Shown: piece after piece, positions 39,454 through 50,327 of the stretch
Numbering within the stretch: position 1 is the stretch's first letter
Layout: each line of letters opens with the position of its first letter
Assembly: GCA_025594325.1 (NCBI GenBank)
Contig: JANHCV010000009.1
Span: 1,240,001-1,304,000 of the forward strand
DNA length: 64,000 bases
Source: Blastocladiella emersonii ATCC 22665
Lineage: Eukaryota; Fungi; Blastocladiomycota
Reading direction: 5' to 3'
Notes under the pieces: model-generated
Told to the model about the DNA's origin: nothing
The model's database searches: none
What the model saw: only the letters and a program-made list of their open reading frames with translations
Made by a program: the position numbers and the translations under genes

Positions 39454-41541
39454 ATGCATCTCTCCGGCGACCGCGGTCGCGGCCGCAGCGGCCTGCTGGT
39501 CGCGCTCCTCGCCGCCCTCATCGCGATCCCGCTCGTTTCAGCCCAGCGGTCGACGCGCTACGTGCTGGGTCCCTACGGCAGCGCCCGGGCCGACGCCTCG
39601 GCCGTATCCAACGAGTTCACGTGCACCGACTCTCTCCCCGTCACACGCATGACCGTGTACGCGGACCCCGACGCGGGCGTGACGGCGCTCGGCGTCGCGT
39701 GCTCGGACGGCCGCGCCTCGCCCGTGTACCGGCAGGGCAGCGCGCTGCGCGGGACGGCTACCAACTTCACGCTGCCGGCCGACTCGGCGGCCGTGTTCGG
39801 AAACCTGGCGGTCCGGCAAGCGGAGAAGCGTGTCGCGCAGCTCGGGTTCGGGTCCGCGTTTGCGGGATGGGGCGGCGGCGACCTCGTGCTCGACCCCAAG
39901 AACGTGACGCTCAACTACGCGATCGAGCAGGGCAACTGCACCTTCACGGGGATCAGCGTCATGGCCGGCGAGTTCATCGACTCGCTGCTCCTCATGCTCA
40001 ACTGCCAGAACTCGGTCGCCAGCCTGCTCCCGCCCAACGACCCGTCGATTGTCGCCTTTGTCCCCTCGCTCAACGGCGGCGGCGGCGGCGGCGGCAACCC
40101 CGAGCCGACCGCCGCCCCAACGGCCACTTCCGCGCCAGACGCCGGCAGCGGCGGCAGCAACACGGTCTCCAACGCGTCGACCATCGGGATCATCGTGGTC
40201 GTCGCCGTCGGCGCCGTGGCCCTCGTCGCCGTCGTCGGCGGCATCCTCCTGCACCGCCGCTCGTCGCGCCTGCGCGCCCGCCGCGAGCGCGACCGCCACC
40301 ATCCTGCCAAGCCGCAGTACGACACTCGTAACAACGGCGGCGGCCGCAACAGCGGCAACGACGACGACCTGTACCTGCCCAGCGTGTCCGCGAACGAGGC
40401 CTACATCCCGGCCCCGCCGCCCGCCGGCTTCTTCGAGCCCGCGGTCCCCGCCTCGGTCGCCGCGGGACTCCGCCGCGCGTCCGCGCAGGCGCTCAGCGCC
40501 GTCGGACAGGTCCCGATGTCGCAGCCGGGCACCGAGCGGTACACGACTGCTGACCGTGCTGGCACCAACTACTCGAGCGCCGCGTCTGCGGACCGGTACG
40601 CGACCGCCGACCGCGCCAACAACTACTCGTCGTCCACGTCCGCGGACCGGTACACGTCGGCCGACCGCACCAACAACTACTCGAGCACCGCGTCCGCGGA
40701 CCGGTACCGGTCCACCGACCGCACCAACTACCCGTCGACCTCCGCCGCCGACCGGTACACGTCGCTCAACCGCAGCACCAACGCCGACTCGTCGACGCAC
40801 AGCGACACCGTGTACATCCCCGCTGCGCCCACGCGCCCGGCAACACTTACGACCCCGATCCAGCCGTCGTCCATCACGACGCAGCGCCGCGCGACGCCGA
40901 CCGACTACCCGGGCTTCCCGGTCCCTCACACCTCGCTCAACCGCAACACGAGCGCGCGGTCGCACGGGAGCGCGACCACGTCGTCGTCCCGCGGCGCCGC
41001 GCCTCGCCCGCTGTCGACGATCCGCGAGGACGGGTTCGATGCTAGTGGGTCTTCGATGCCGCGGTCGCCGTCGCACGCGCAGATGCAGCACGTGTACCGC
41101 AGCGGCCCCGGGAGCCAAGGCCGGCGCGGGTCCGACTCGACGTCGATCATCGAGATCGGCGGCGGCCCCACCCCTTCCACCTCTGACGCGCGGCTCCCGC
41201 CAACCGTGACGTCCATCACCGTCTCCGGTCCACGCTTGGCCTCCACCGCCTTCACGTCCGCGCAATCCGACGAAGCGGACCTGGTCGTCGGCGACGTGCT
41301 GGTGGTGCACGCCGTGTACAGCGACGGGTGGGCGTACGTGACGAACCAGAGCAACGAGGGGGTGCGCGGCCTGGTACCGATTACGTGCATCGACGCCGAG
41401 GTCGCGGACGTCGAGCTGGTCCAGATGCAGCAGGCCATGGTCATGAAGGGCGTTCTGCGCGCGGTCCAGTTTGGGTCGATCAGTCGGCGCGGCGCGGGCG
41501 CGGGCGCCGGAGGTGGGATGGCGGCGATTGAGGACGCGTAG
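39454..41541 (+). CDS. Single-pass membrane protein: signal peptide, jacalin-like lectin domain, TM helix, Ser/Thr/Tyr repeats, C-terminal SH3
   Basis: LLVALLAALIAIPLVSA signal; TRMTVY..VTALGV, GWGGG and FTGISVMAGEFIDSL; IGIIVVVAVGAVALVAVVGGILL; DEADLVVGD..VYSDGW..G.RGLVP. Confidence 0.72.
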   Translation: MHLSGDRGRGRSGLLVALLAALIAIPLVSAQRSTRYVLGPYGSARADASAVSNEFTCTDSLPVTRMTVYADPDAGVTALGVACSDGRASPVYRQGSALRGTATNFTLPADSAAVFGNLAVRQAEKRVAQLGFGSAFAGWGGGDLVLDPKNVTLNYAIEQGNCTFTGISVMAGEFIDSLLLMLNCQNSVASLLPPNDPSIVAFVPSLNGGGGGGGNPEPTAAPTATSAPDAGSGGSNTVSNASTIGIIVVVAVGAVALVAVVGGILLHRRSSRLRARRERDRHHPAKPQYDTRNNGGGRNSGNDDDLYLPSVSANEAYIPAPPPAGFFEPAVPASVAAGLRRASAQALSAVGQVPMSQPGTERYTTADRAGTNYSSAASADRYATADRANNYSSSTSADRYTSADRTNNYSSTASADRYRSTDRTNYPSTSAADRYTSLNRSTNADSSTHSDTVYIPAAPTRPATLTTPIQPSSITTQRRATPTDYPGFPVPHTSLNRNTSARSHGSATTSSSRGAAPRPLSTIREDGFDASGSSMPRSPSHAQMQHVYRSGPGSQGRRGSDSTSIIEIGGGPTPSTSDARLPPTVTSITVSGPRLASTAFTSAQSDEADLVVGDVLVVHAVYSDGWAYVTNQSNEGVRGLVPITCIDAEVADVELVQMQQAMVMKGVLRAVQFGSISRRGAGAGAGGGMAAIEDA
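40537..40770 (+). repeat. Coding tandem repeat of ~18 aa (RYxxADRxNNYSSxxSAD), units of 57/54/54/51 bp
   Basis: CGGTAC at 40537, 40594, 40648, 40702 and 40753. Confidence 0.85.
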
Positions 41542-41610
41542 CGTGAGGGGTTGAGAGTGTGTGAACAACTTTATAGACGATACATTTTGCCGCAAGGGAA
41601 GAGGGTGGGT

Positions 41611-42440
41611 TCAGGACCGGATGCCGATCGCGTTCTTGATGATATCGCGCGCGAACGGGATGTAGCTCGCCGAGTACCCTACACGGGAAGAGATGGTCAG
41701 TCCGGGGGCGTCGCGCGAGTTGCCACGCAACGGAGACGTACAGAAGAGCGCAAGGAACTGGATCAGGCAGAAGATGAGGCACAGGCCCGCCGACTTGGTC
41801 TACACACGGCGTAAGCGGGTCAGCGACCGCCGTACGCGCTCGGGGAGCGGCTAGAGACCGTACCGTGAACGCGACGACGAGCGTGGTGACCAGGGCGCCG
41901 AGGTACACGATACTGGCGATGCGGCGCTTCGTATCGAACATGCCCTTTAGTTGCTTGGCCGGACCGGTCAAAAACGAGGTGCTAGAAGCCGGGGAGGTGC
42001 GGGGAGGTGCGGGGAGACGCAGGGAGGAATGGGCGCCGTCAGTTCACCACCACCTCAACCGCCCGAATCCAGCAAACCACAGCACGCACCTCATGAGCGA
42101 CGTGACGTTGCCGAACGTGTACAGGATCGCGAACCCGATGATGTTGCCCGTGGCGACCGACAGGAACGACTACCCAGGGCGACGCGGGCGTCAGTCTCCC
42201 CGCCACCGCGCAAGGGCGCACAGACGTCGTCGTGCCAGGAACGAGATGAGCAGGCCGACGACAAAGCACACGCCGAACCCGATGAGCCGCTGCTTGCGGG
42301 TGAGGTTGAGCGACGCGCACGCCTACACACACACCACAGCTTCATCAGCCCCCGTCCGCCTACCCTGACGCCGGCCGTACGTCGTCCATGATGCCCGAGT
42401 CCTGGCCGCCGGCCTCCATGGTCGCGAACGGGTTGCGCAT
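41611..42440 (-). CDS. SFT2: SFT2/Got1-family vesicle transport protein; multi-exon
   Basis: LTRKQRLIGFGVCF, FAILYTFGN, FLTGPAKQLKGMFDTKRRIASIVYL, SYIPFARD. Confidence 0.88.
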
Positions 42441-42788
42441 CTTGCTTGCTTGCTTGCTGGGTTGCTTATCGGATGTGACGTGGGCTCTCGCTGTGGGTGC
42501 GGCGAGTTGAATGCAAAGATGCGCAAGAAGTAGGGGGGCCGGCCTGACTTGATGCGGCGAGTTACGTTTGTTTACGTTGCGTGCAGTGCAGTGCAGCGCT
42601 CAGGTGCGGGGAGAGGGAGAGAAGGGAGGGGTGAGATGACGGCGGCCACCGCAAGAGGGCGTGGCGTGCGGCGTGGCGCGGCGCGGCTTTGCTCGGACTT
42701 CTCGACCTCAGAGTTCTCGACCTCGGCGAGGGGGCGGATCGACCTGAGAGAGCACGAACAGGAGAAGAACAGGACGTGTATTCAACAA

Positions 42789-44231
42789 CTAAGTCCGACG
42801 CCGCTTCGCCGCGGCATCGATATCCCCCATCCCGCCACGCTTGCGGTCGACCTTCCCCAGAAGCTCGCGGTCGGCGTACCGCGGCGTATCCTTCTTGCTC
42901 GTATCCTCCTTGACGAGGTGCGTCCACTTGGTCTGCCCGGCCAACCCAAAGTTCCGGCGCTGGAGCACCTCGGGCAGCGCCTCGTAGTTGAAATGGTCCT
43001 CGCCCGTGGCCCCATTCGCGTTGCGCTGCACCACGTCCGAGTCGAGGTAGAAGGCGCCCTTGTGGTGGTACTTCTGCATGAACTTGATCTTGGGCTTGCT
43101 GCGCTGCGCGTCCTCGCGCTCGCGCTGCACGCGGTCCGCCTCGGCGCGCTTCTCCTCGTCCGTCATGTTGCGCCGCCGCTCGAGGTCCGCGAGCTCGGCC
43201 TCGTACGCGAGCCGCGCGTCGAGGGCGCGGCGCAAGCGGGCGAGCTCGCGCGCGCGCCACGCCGCGTGCTCGGCCGACGGGTCCGCGTCGTCCGTGTCGT
43301 CCACGTCCGCGGCGGTCGCGAGCTCGGCCGCCGCGGCGTGCTCGCGCTTCAGCTCGGCCTCGACCAGCGCGCGCGCTTCGGCGCGGCGTTGCTGCCGCTC
43401 GGCCTCGCGACGCGCGCGGTCGGCCTCGGCGAGCTCGGCGGGCGTTGGCGCGCGTGCGGGCGACGGGCCGCCGTTTTGGCGGAGGTGTCTACACGCGCGG
43501 GCGCTCGCGGTTAGCATACCTCCGCAGTCCGCGGAGATGCACCAGCGAACGTACTTTGGCACGAACACGGGCTTGATGAGCCGTCTCGGCGCCTCGTCCT
43601 CTTCCTCGGAACTCTCCTCCTCGTCCGAATCCTCCTCTTCGGAACTCGACTCCTTCCTCGCCCCACCCGTCGCGACCCGCGCCAACGCCTCCTGCTCGAG
43701 CAACCGCAGCCGGAGCATCTCGCGCCGCTCGGCCTGCGCCTGCAGCGTGGTCCCGCGCGCGCGGACGCCGGGCAGGGCGCGCTCCTCTTCCTCCTCGTCG
43801 TCATCGTCCGAGCTCTCGGGCGCGACCCGCCGCCGCGGCGCCCCGTCGTCGTCTTCGTCAGATGACGAGGAGACGGCCCGTGCGCGGCGGCGCGGCGCCA
43901 TGCTCTGCTGCTGCCGCAGCGCGGCGAGGCGGCGCAGGCGCGGGTCCATTTCCGCAGCCGCACCCGCGGCGTTGGTGTCGAGCGTGATCGGGGTGAACGC
44001 CGCCGCCGCGGCTTCGGGTTTGGCGGAGCGGAAGCCCATGGCGGGTCCGGCAGCGCCGGCGCGGGGTGCACGGTGAGCAACGGCATCGTCATCGTCCGAG
44101 TCTTCGGAGGAGGAGGAGGCCGAGGCAGCGCCCTCGGGGGCCTGGCCGCGGCGGTACCGCTGGACCTTGGCGGGGGCGACGGTGGCCTGGCCCTGCCGGT
44201 TGAGCGCGGGGATGGCGGCGATCTTGGACAT
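42789..44231 (-). CDS. MFAP1: MFAP1 / Spp381-like spliceosomal protein (likely one in-frame intron ~43510-43550)
   Basis: LIKPVFVPK, EHAAWRARELARL, FMQKYHHKGAFY, LPEVLQRRNFGLAGQTKWTHLVKEDT. Confidence 0.92.
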   Translation of the reverse strand: MSKIAAIPALNRQGQATVAPAKVQRYRRGQAPEGAASASSSSEDSDDDDAVAHRAPRAGAAGPAMGFRSAKPEAAAAAFTPITLDTNAAGAAAEMDPRLRRLAALRQQQSMAPRRRARAVSSSSDEDDDGAPRRRVAPESSDDDDEEEEERALPGVRARGTTLQAQAERREMLRLRLLEQEALARVATGGARKESSSEEEDSDEEESSEEEDEAPRRLIKPVFVPKYVRWCISADCGGMLTASARACRHLRQNGGPSPARAPTPAELAEADRARREAERQQRRAEARALVEAELKREHAAAAELATAADVDDTDDADPSAEHAAWRARELARLRRALDARLAYEAELADLERRRNMTDEEKRAEADRVQREREDAQRSKPKIKFMQKYHHKGAFYLDSDVVQRNANGATGEDHFNYEALPEVLQRRNFGLAGQTKWTHLVKEDTSKKDTPRYADRELLGKVDRKRGGMGDIDAAAKRRRT

Positions 44232-44488
44232 TTGGGGAGGTTGGGTTTGTTGCAGGGAGTGCGGTGTTGATGCGTTGCAGTTTAGGGGAGTGGCTCAGGG
44301 AGACGTGGAGAGCGAGTGCAGCGGGTCACGACCCGGGTCACGACGGCCGGCTGAGCCGTCGCTGGTCGACGCGCTCCGTGTGCGAGCCGACCTACGCGAC
44401 TGCTCGAGGACAAGAGCGTGCTGAAGAGATGCTGTTGTATTCTTCACTCGGAAAACACACACAAGACGACGACACAAGAAGAGTGCGC

Positions 44489-45334
44489 TTAGGACGAGGC
44501 CGAGGCGAGGTTAGCCGCGGACCCAGCGGCTGTTGGCTTCTTCTTCTCGGCCTCGGCCTCCTTCTCCTTCTCGATTTCGTTGACGAGGGCCTCGATCTCG
44601 TGGACGTCGAGGTTGTGGACCGTGGGCTTGGCGTCGGTGACGGTCATGTACGCGATCTCGATGTTCTTGGCGCCCGTCTGGACCACCTCGAGGAGGGCGC
44701 GGACCGCGAGCTTGAGCGCGTCGTGGTGGTCGGCGTCGGCGACGTAGTTCTTCTCGAGGAACTCGCGCACCGTCTTGGCGTTGCGGCCGATCGCGTTGGC
44801 CTTCCAGGCGGCGTAGGTGCCCGACGGGTCCGTCGAGTAGAGCTTGGGCACCTTGTCCGAGTCGACGCCCATGATCAGCGTCGAGATGCCAAAGGGCCGC
44901 ACGCCGCCCGACTGCGTGTACTTTTGCTGCACGCCCGCAATGTGGCGCGAAATGTACTCGACCGAGACCGGGTCCTCGACCGTCAGCCGGTGCGACTGGC
45001 ACTCGGTGCGCGCCTTGTTGACGAGCACGCGGCCGTCCGCCGTCAGGCCCGCGAAGGCGAGGCACACGTGCGAGTCCAGCAGGTTCACCTTGCGCACCGT
45101 GCGCGCGTCCTGCAGCTTGAGCGCCGACTTTTTCTCCACGCCCAGCACCACCGTGTCCTTGCCGCGGACGCCGACCTAGATTGCGGGCAGCTGTGAGCAT
45201 CGGCCCATGGGCGTGACAAGGGAAAGCAAGCGTACGGCGCACGTCCCGCGGCGCACGGCCTCGAGCGCGTACTCGACCTGGAACAGGTGGCCGTCGGGCG
45301 AGAAGACGGTCAGGGCGCGATCGTAGCCGCTCAT
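44489..45334 (-). CDS. PRE6: 20S proteasome subunit alpha-4 (PSMA7/Pre6)
   Basis: [51 protein letters not shown]. Confidence 0.95.
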
Positions 45335-45587
45335 TGCGTGGTCTGTTTCTGGTGAATGCTTCGTGGATGCCGGAGCAATGGGGAGAGGCGAGCGAGGAGC
45401 GACGCGCCGGTCAGGACGCGGATCGATGACGTGCAGGCCCGCCACGGGCGTCACCGCGGGAGCCGCGAACACCTGACTCGTTTTCTTTCGGGTTTCCCCT
45501 CCACCTCGTCGCGCGCTACGGCGCCCCATGTATCTCGATTCCGCTCCCGAGTGCCTGCATTGATCTCAGCGCTGCCGATATACCGCC

Positions 45588-46296
45588 ATGTTCTTCCTGG
45601 TATGAGCGGGTCGGCTCCTTGTCGACGGCCTGCTCGCACGCGCTCATACCCCGCCCCTCCCGCAGAGAGAGATGCAGCACCTCATGGAGCTCGAGCCGGG
45701 CATGTTCACGAGCAACGTCGAGGACCAGCTGCGGCGGCGCCTGCACGAGGAGGTGGAAGGCAAGTACGAGTCGCGGTTCGGGTACATTGTAAGCGTGGTG
45801 CGCATCCTGGCCATCGGCGCGGGGCTCGTGCTGCCCGGCATGGGGTCCGCCCAGTACAGCATCCGGTACATGGCCATCCTGTTCCAGCCCTTCAAGGACG
45901 AGGTCGTCGACGGGCTCGTCACCAAGTTCAACCCGCAGGGGTTCATTGTCGAGGTCGGGCCCATGGACGTGTTCGTCTCGCACCGCCTCGTCCCCGCCGA
46001 GTTCAAGTACAACGTAGCGGGCCCGACGCCGTGCTTGGAGAACGGGACCGACGTGCGTGTCTTTTTCGCGTCCGGACATGCTTACGCTCACCCCCTCTCT
46101 CCCCCCGTGGGTAGCGCATTGAGAGCGGGTCGCGCGTCCGCATCAAGATCATGTCGACCCAGACCAGCGCCGACCGCGCGGTACGCTCGCGCTCGTCGCT
46201 CCCGCATCGGCTCCGCGAGACTCACGCACCCCTCGCCCGCCCGCACCACAGATCGGTATCGGCACCCTCAAGGGCGACTCGCTCGGCCTCATCTAA
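45588..46296 (+). CDS. RPB7: RNA polymerase II subunit Rpb7; 4 exons
   Basis: MFFL then an intron then REMQHLMELEP, EVEGK...GYIVSV, FQPFKDEVVDG, VGPMDVFVS, IGTLKGDSLG. Confidence 0.9.
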
Positions 46297-46524
46297 CGTT
46301 ATTCCTAATGCATTCCAAATCGTCTCCGGCCCTGAAAACTCTTGAGCGAGAAAATGACCTTGCCCCGATATTTCTGCGGCACACGTGTGCGGGCGGCGAT
46401 GAACGCGTTCACCTTTCGCCTCGCTGCTCTTGCTCGGTCGCCTCTCCCCGCGCGAGGACGCATAACGCAACGGAACACGCCGCACTTGCACTACGACTTG
46501 CTGCAACTCCCGCAAAGATAAACC

Positions 46525-47849
46525 ATGTCGGCGTTCGACCAGTACCGCGGCGTGCTCATCTCGCTGCTCTCGCGGTCCGACGTGCGCTACGAGGGCATCC
46601 TCGACGAGGTCAACCCGACCACCGCCACCATCGCGCTTAGCAATGGTGTGTGTTGCACCTCACTGCGATGCTCGGAGCGCGCCTGCTGACACCGTCCCGC
46701 CGCCTAGTCCGCTCGTTCGGCACCGAGGGCCGCCGCGGCGGCAACCCGATGAACGAGATCCCGCCGCAGCCCAACGTGTTCCCGTACATCTGCTTCCGCG
46801 CCTCGGACGTCAAGGACCTCAACGTCAAGGCCGAGGCCACCGCCCCGCCCAACCCCGACGCCGCCGTCATCAACGACCCGGCTATCGTCGACTACGCCCC
46901 GCCCACCACCACCGCCGCCGCGTACCAGCCCGCTGCGTCGGGCGAGCGCGTACGTTCACCGCCTGCCCGCGTTCGGGGGTTACGGCCACGACTGACTCGC
47001 TCGTTTTGTGTAGCGCGGCCGCTCGCGTTCGCGCTCCCGCTCGCGTTCCCGCTCCAAGCAGGCGCACGCCGACACCTCGGTCCCCGTCAACGGGCCCGAC
47101 CAGCCGCACCAGTCGCGCCCGACGCACTACCCGCCGACGCGCGGCGGCTTCCGCGGCGGCCGCGGTGACGGCGGCGGTCGCCCGCGCAACCAGGGCCCCG
47201 TGGTCCCCAAGGAGGAGTTTGACTTTGACCGGTCCAACGCCAAGCTCAACAAGGAGGACCTCGTCAAGGAGTTTGCCGCCGTCTCGGTCGCCAGCGATAC
47301 CGAGGGCGACGAGAGCGATGGTGGGGGTAATGGGGTGAAGGTCGTGATCCCGCCCCGCGAAGAGTTCTACGACCGCAAAACGTCCTTCTTCGACAACATC
47401 TCGTGCGAGTCGCGCGAGCGCGCGGCCAACCTCGAGCGCGGCGGGTACGTTTTTGAGGTCTCTTCCCCTCGCCCAACTGTACACTAACGCGTGCCCCGTG
47501 TAGCCTCGACTACCACCAGCGCCGCGCGCGCATGCAGACCGAGCGCCGCCTCAACGTCGAGACCTTTGGCGTCTCGGGCCCCGCCAACCGCGGCCACTGG
47601 CACCGCGGCGGCGGCAGCGGGTTCCGCGGCGGGTTCAGCAACCGCGGCGGACCGCCCAGTGGGCCCGGGTTCGGCGGGTCCGGGTTCGGCGGGCCCGGCG
47701 GGCGGCCCGGGTACCGCCCGCCCCAGTACAACAGCAACAACCCCGATTGGCACCAGGGCAGGGGGAACGGCGGTGCTGGTGGGTACTACGGCGGCGGCGA
47801 CGGCGCGAACGCGAGCGGCGGCGCGGGCGCGGGCGGGTACCGGTCCTAG
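46525..47849 (+). CDS. SCD6: LSM14/Scd6 (Lsm14 N-terminal domain, FDF/FFD/TFG boxes, RGG tail); multi-exon
   Basis: ISLLSRSDVRYEGIL, VRSFGTEGR, YICFRASDVKDL, EFDFDRSN, FYDRKTSFFDNIS, ERRLNVETFG, RGG-rich end. Confidence 0.93.
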
Positions 47850-48539
47850 AGGACGTGGATCGGGGGGACAGTGAGGTGGCAATATATATAACTTCAGCAT
47901 CGACACAATGGAGTGCGACAGCGAGGTTTCGGACGTTGTTCGCGGACTCGGGGGGTCGGCGGCCGCTGACGACGGCTCACCACGGCCAGCGATGCGGGCG
48001 CCGCGAACAGCGTGGCCGATCGTTGCTGGCGTCCGCGTCGACCAAGACCAGGACCGCGGGGACCGCGGACCGACCGCACTCAAAAGACTCGCACACCAAG
48101 GCTACGGTTGAACGCGAGCGTGCTGCTCGGCCAGGCCGGGTTCGCGCGGTGGTCGACGCTCGCGCGCCCAATCTACGCACCGTCCGCCGCCATGGCCGCC
48201 GTGCACGAGCTACGCCTCGCGACGCGCTCGCTATGCGCCTAACGTCCCTGTTTATCGCTGATCTCGATGGACAGCTCGACAGGCGCACTGGTCTGGACGT
48301 GCTGCGAGCCCACGATGGCCTGCGGCGCCTCGGCATACGTCGTGGTGAGGGTGTGCTTCGAGAAGTCGGGCGAGGAGAACAGTTGCATGGCGGCTAAAGC
48401 TGAGGTGCGATAGAGCGTTTTGCTTCAGTGCGCGGGCGCCCGAGACTTTTGAATGCCTCACGCCAGCAGTCGTGAAGACACCTTGCTCATCGGCCAGCTT
48501 CCGCCCGTTGTGCCAGCGTGATAGCTTGGCACGACGCGC

Positions 48540-49202
48540 TTGTTCCGGAACAATGCCCGAAACACCGAGAAGTTCTCGCTACACCCTCACGGGGCGGCGG
48601 CCATCCCGATCTTCATCCAGGACCTCGTTCACCTGCAGGAGTACATGGCCCGCCTTCGCGCTGACGCTGACGCTGGTCGCCTTCGTGTTCCAAATCAGAC
48701 GGTTGCCGCGCTCAATGACATGGTCGACAAGCTCCTCGACTACTTCCAGCGCATCGAAAGCCCGAAGTACATCGCGCTGTACCTGGATCCCGCGTCGCCC
48801 AGTCTCGGGTTCGTCCAGTACTCGCTGCAGCAAGTTGGCGCTCACGAGGACCAGGTCCTGGGCACTTACCGCTCGCTGTTTCGAGGGTACGGGTTTCGCT
48901 CACACTGCGCTCACTTTCGGTACGGTTCGTTGACACTGCATCCGCTCGGTTCACATATGAGCTTTACCGAGATGCTTGTGAGCTTCACACAGGGCGAGAT
49001 CGCGGCCATCGTGGCCGCCGAGCAGCAGTCGCAGCCGCAGCGTCCCGCCCTTTTCCCGCTCGACCCTTTGACTCGCAGGGTCCGCCCTCAAGCGCTCCTA
49101 CGAGGTCAACCGGCGGCAGCACGAGAATGTCAAGCGCACCCGCTCCAACTCGCTGTCTACGATTCCCGTGCTCGATCTCCCCGATCCTACCACTGCGCTT
49201 GA
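48540..49202 (+). CDS. Hypothetical protein (exon structure uncertain)
   Basis: Protein-like helical ORF with intron-like segments (GTACGG donor near 48887). Confidence 0.35.
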   Translation: MFRNNARNTEKFSLHPHGAAAIPIFIQDLVHLQEYMARLRADADAGRLRVPNQTVAALNDMVDKLLDYFQRIESPKYIALYLDPASPSLGFVQYSLQQVGAHEDQVLGTYRSLFRGYGFRSHCAHFRYGSLTLHPLGSHMSFTEMLVSFTQGEIAAIVAAEQQSQPQRPALFPLDPLTRRVRPQALLRGQPAAARECQAHPLQLAVYDSRARSPRSYHCA

Positions 49203-50327
49203 GCGTGCGGCAGCCCTGGAGCTGCGGCAGTACCACGTCGAGCTTGCGAACGTCCGCCACCCGCCAACTTTGATGGGGGCTCAGGTGGTGGTGGACGAAT
49301 GTACACCGCTTCCCTCGACTCGCGCGCCTCGCTCGTAAATACGTGTACATCCCGATCTCGTCGGTGGCGTCTGAGCAGCGCGTGCTGCGAGTCGAGCAGG
49401 TGCGAGACGCGTTCATCAATCATGTGACCGCGCGAGACACTCCTGCGCACCGTTTCAAGTCTGGCTGCACGCGAGCTCGGTGTGCAGCTCACGGATTAAT
49501 ACTTGTCTACGCAATAGTTTGTGATGATTTCATGCAGGTCGGGCAGTGTGCGATCTCTCAACTGCGCGCTCGCATAGTACCCATCATCTCATACTCGCCA
49601 ATTCGTCGCCACAGAGCCGAAAGCACGGCCAACCAAGGCCTTCGTCGCGTCGCAAGCCAAGGCGCAGCTATGCGAGTGGGACTCGCCGCCCAAGTTGGCG
49701 GCCGTCCATCTCAGTGGCCGTAAGCGCTGCGATGGAACGGCCCCCAGCTCATCGACCTCGCGCAACCGAGTGTGCGGTCGGCGCGAGAGAGGGAGTGACA
49801 CCTGTGAGTCCAGGGCCGCGTCCGAGGTGTTGTCTCGCGTGGGGGTGCGAGCAATCGCGGGGCGGCGGCGGGAAGCAAGGGCCTCGACACCCCGTCCTTG
49901 GTACTCTCTCGTAGTCGACGATCTGCCAGCGCTCAGAGATCCATGGAGCCTGTGTATTAACGTTGCATCAAGTCCGGTCCCCTAGAGATTTTTTTCGGGG
50001 AAGTTCACTTGAACCGGCCCGCTTTGGGCCCGCTCTCCGAGCCGGGCCGCCCTCGCCAGCCCGCTTCGGCCCGCTCGGTCCGCTTGCGTGCGCCACCGGT
50101 GGCGACGCCACAGCCAGAGCGCTGACCGCGCCGCGAGGGCTGGGCGCCGCGCCGCAAGCTGGGACAGGAGTGGCAGCCGTCTCACGCTGGCCGCAAATAA
50201 AAGTGGCCCATCAAGGGAGCGCCTGCCTGGATGCCGCTCACTCTGCCAGGCTCGCACACCCACTAAATAGCACCCTTGCTTGGAGACGCACACACGGACT
50301 CGCACAAGCCTTGCGTCACCCTGCCAC

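Noticed and set aside
39538-41595. 685-aa minus-strand ORF
   Set aside because: Antisense shadow of the jacalin-TM-SH3 gene.
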